The notes below the pieces were generated by a model. The model was not told the origin of the DNA. It saw only the letters and a list, made by a program, of their open reading frames with translations, and did not search any database. A stretch of DNA of 63,365 nucleotides, the filler included, from Octopus bimaculoides (lineage: Eukaryota): NCBI RefSeq assembly GCF_001194135.2. It is 8 parts of 5 records of this genome, joined end to end, with 100 filler letters (N's around TTAATTAATTAA, not from the genome) between each part and the next. Parts side by side here need not be neighbours in the genome. Positions count along the whole stretch, not along the records: positions 47,455 to 63,365 come from NC_068991.1; 7 more parts are not named here. One strand, 5' to 3'. Shown here in pieces: positions 62,373-63,365 of this stretch (positions are counted from its first letter, which is position 1; each line of letters opens with the position of its first letter). The translations under genes were made by a program, and so were the position numbers.

Positions 62373-62839
62373 ACACACACATATNNNNNNNNNNNNNNNN
62401 NNNNNNNNNNNNNNNNNNNNNNNNNNNNNNNNNNNNNNNNNNNNNNNNNNNNNNNNNNNNNNNNNNNNNNNNNNNNNNNNNNNNNNNNNNNNNNNNNNNN
62501 NNNNNNNNNNNNNNNNNNNNNNNNNNNNNNNNNNNNNNNNNNNNNNNNNNNNNNNNNNNNNNNNNNNNNATATATATATATATATATATATATATACGCT
62601 CGTATCGAACAGTGAGCATGTGTGTTCAAAAGCCTAACGGTAAAAGAATACATTTGGCAGAAAAGTCTATATGAATTCAATCAGTATATCAGAAACAACG
62701 CAGAGAGGAAATATCATTTCGGGAAAATGAGAAACGTCAGAAATGTTGAATGCGAATTTAGGAATGTTATTGTTCCAAACTAGGTACAGAATTCAATAAG
62801 AAAATACTGATAATCTAATCTGATTTTGATAGTAATCTC

Positions 62840-63128
62840 TCACAGTACGAGAAAGACGGTGCTGGAATTCCTTGCCGATCATCTGCACAAACGATTTGTT
62901 TATGGTGATCAAATGTCCGTGCTGTACATTCGCTCACTCCCTCCATCAAATCGACGTTACCTGAACAGGTGCACGACGAACCACACGTCAGATGTTGAAG
63001 TGGTCGCAGAACAACGGTGAGATGAAGTGCTTTGCTCAAGGACACAAAGCACCACCATGTCCAGGAAATGAAACCAGGATCTCGCAGTCGCGAGTGCAAC
63101 ACTCTAACCACTAGACACATGCACCCTC
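62840..63128 (-). mobile_element. tRNA-derived SINE (family C3)
   Basis: Minus strand gagggtgcatgtgtctagtggttagagtgttgcactcgcgactgcgagatcctggtttcatttcc, followed by gtgtccttgagcaaagcacttcatc. Confidence 0.8.
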
Positions 63129-63365
63129 AATAAATCGAATATAAGAGAGATAAAACCTGAACGCAAAATGTACACGTACACAAATATACATACATTTGCG
63201 TGCATATACATGAATATCTCTGTATATCCGTATTTATTTATTTATGTATGTATGTATGTGTATGTATGTATGTATGTATACGTGTGTATGAGTGTGTGTA
63301 TGTATGTATGCATGTATGTGTGTATGTGTGTATGTGTGTGTATGTCTGTATGTGTATGTCTGTAT

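Overview
This is animal genomic DNA dominated by microsatellites and transposons, with about 7 kb (~12%) of N gaps. The SINE families, the simple-repeat load and the gap style point to an octopus, plausibly Octopus bimaculoides; this is an inference, not a database result. Most entries in the ORF track are artefacts of simple repeats or N runs. No complete host gene is visible, but 3-4 small, phase-compatible plus-strand exon candidates (3929-3992, 8556-8593, 13068-13136, possibly 18936-18953) suggest the window is mostly intronic. Recognisable coding sequence is almost all mobile-element derived: CR1-like RT (27246-28472 plus fragments), Tc1 DD34E transposase (29195-29986) and a Tc1 IR/DR 5' end, three Penelope-like (PLE) remnants, and L1/Tx1 and RTE fragments. 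There are also five 3' fragments of R4/Dong-like restriction-like-endonuclease LINEs, four of them in two same-orientation trains on AAT-type microsatellites. About 25 tRNA-derived SINE copies and several MITE-like elements are present. The most notable items are: an inverted repeat at 48013-48434 carrying two complementary-defective copies of a minimal type I hammerhead ribozyme (PLE pseudo-LTR-like); the AAT-anchored R4/Dong trains with an unclassified 530-bp passenger; a 119-nt GC-rich hairpin whose mismatches are all non-wobble; a degenerate ~18-bp minisatellite built on the CRE palindrome TGACGTCA; and a six-copy head-to-tail SINE array with a shared linker.
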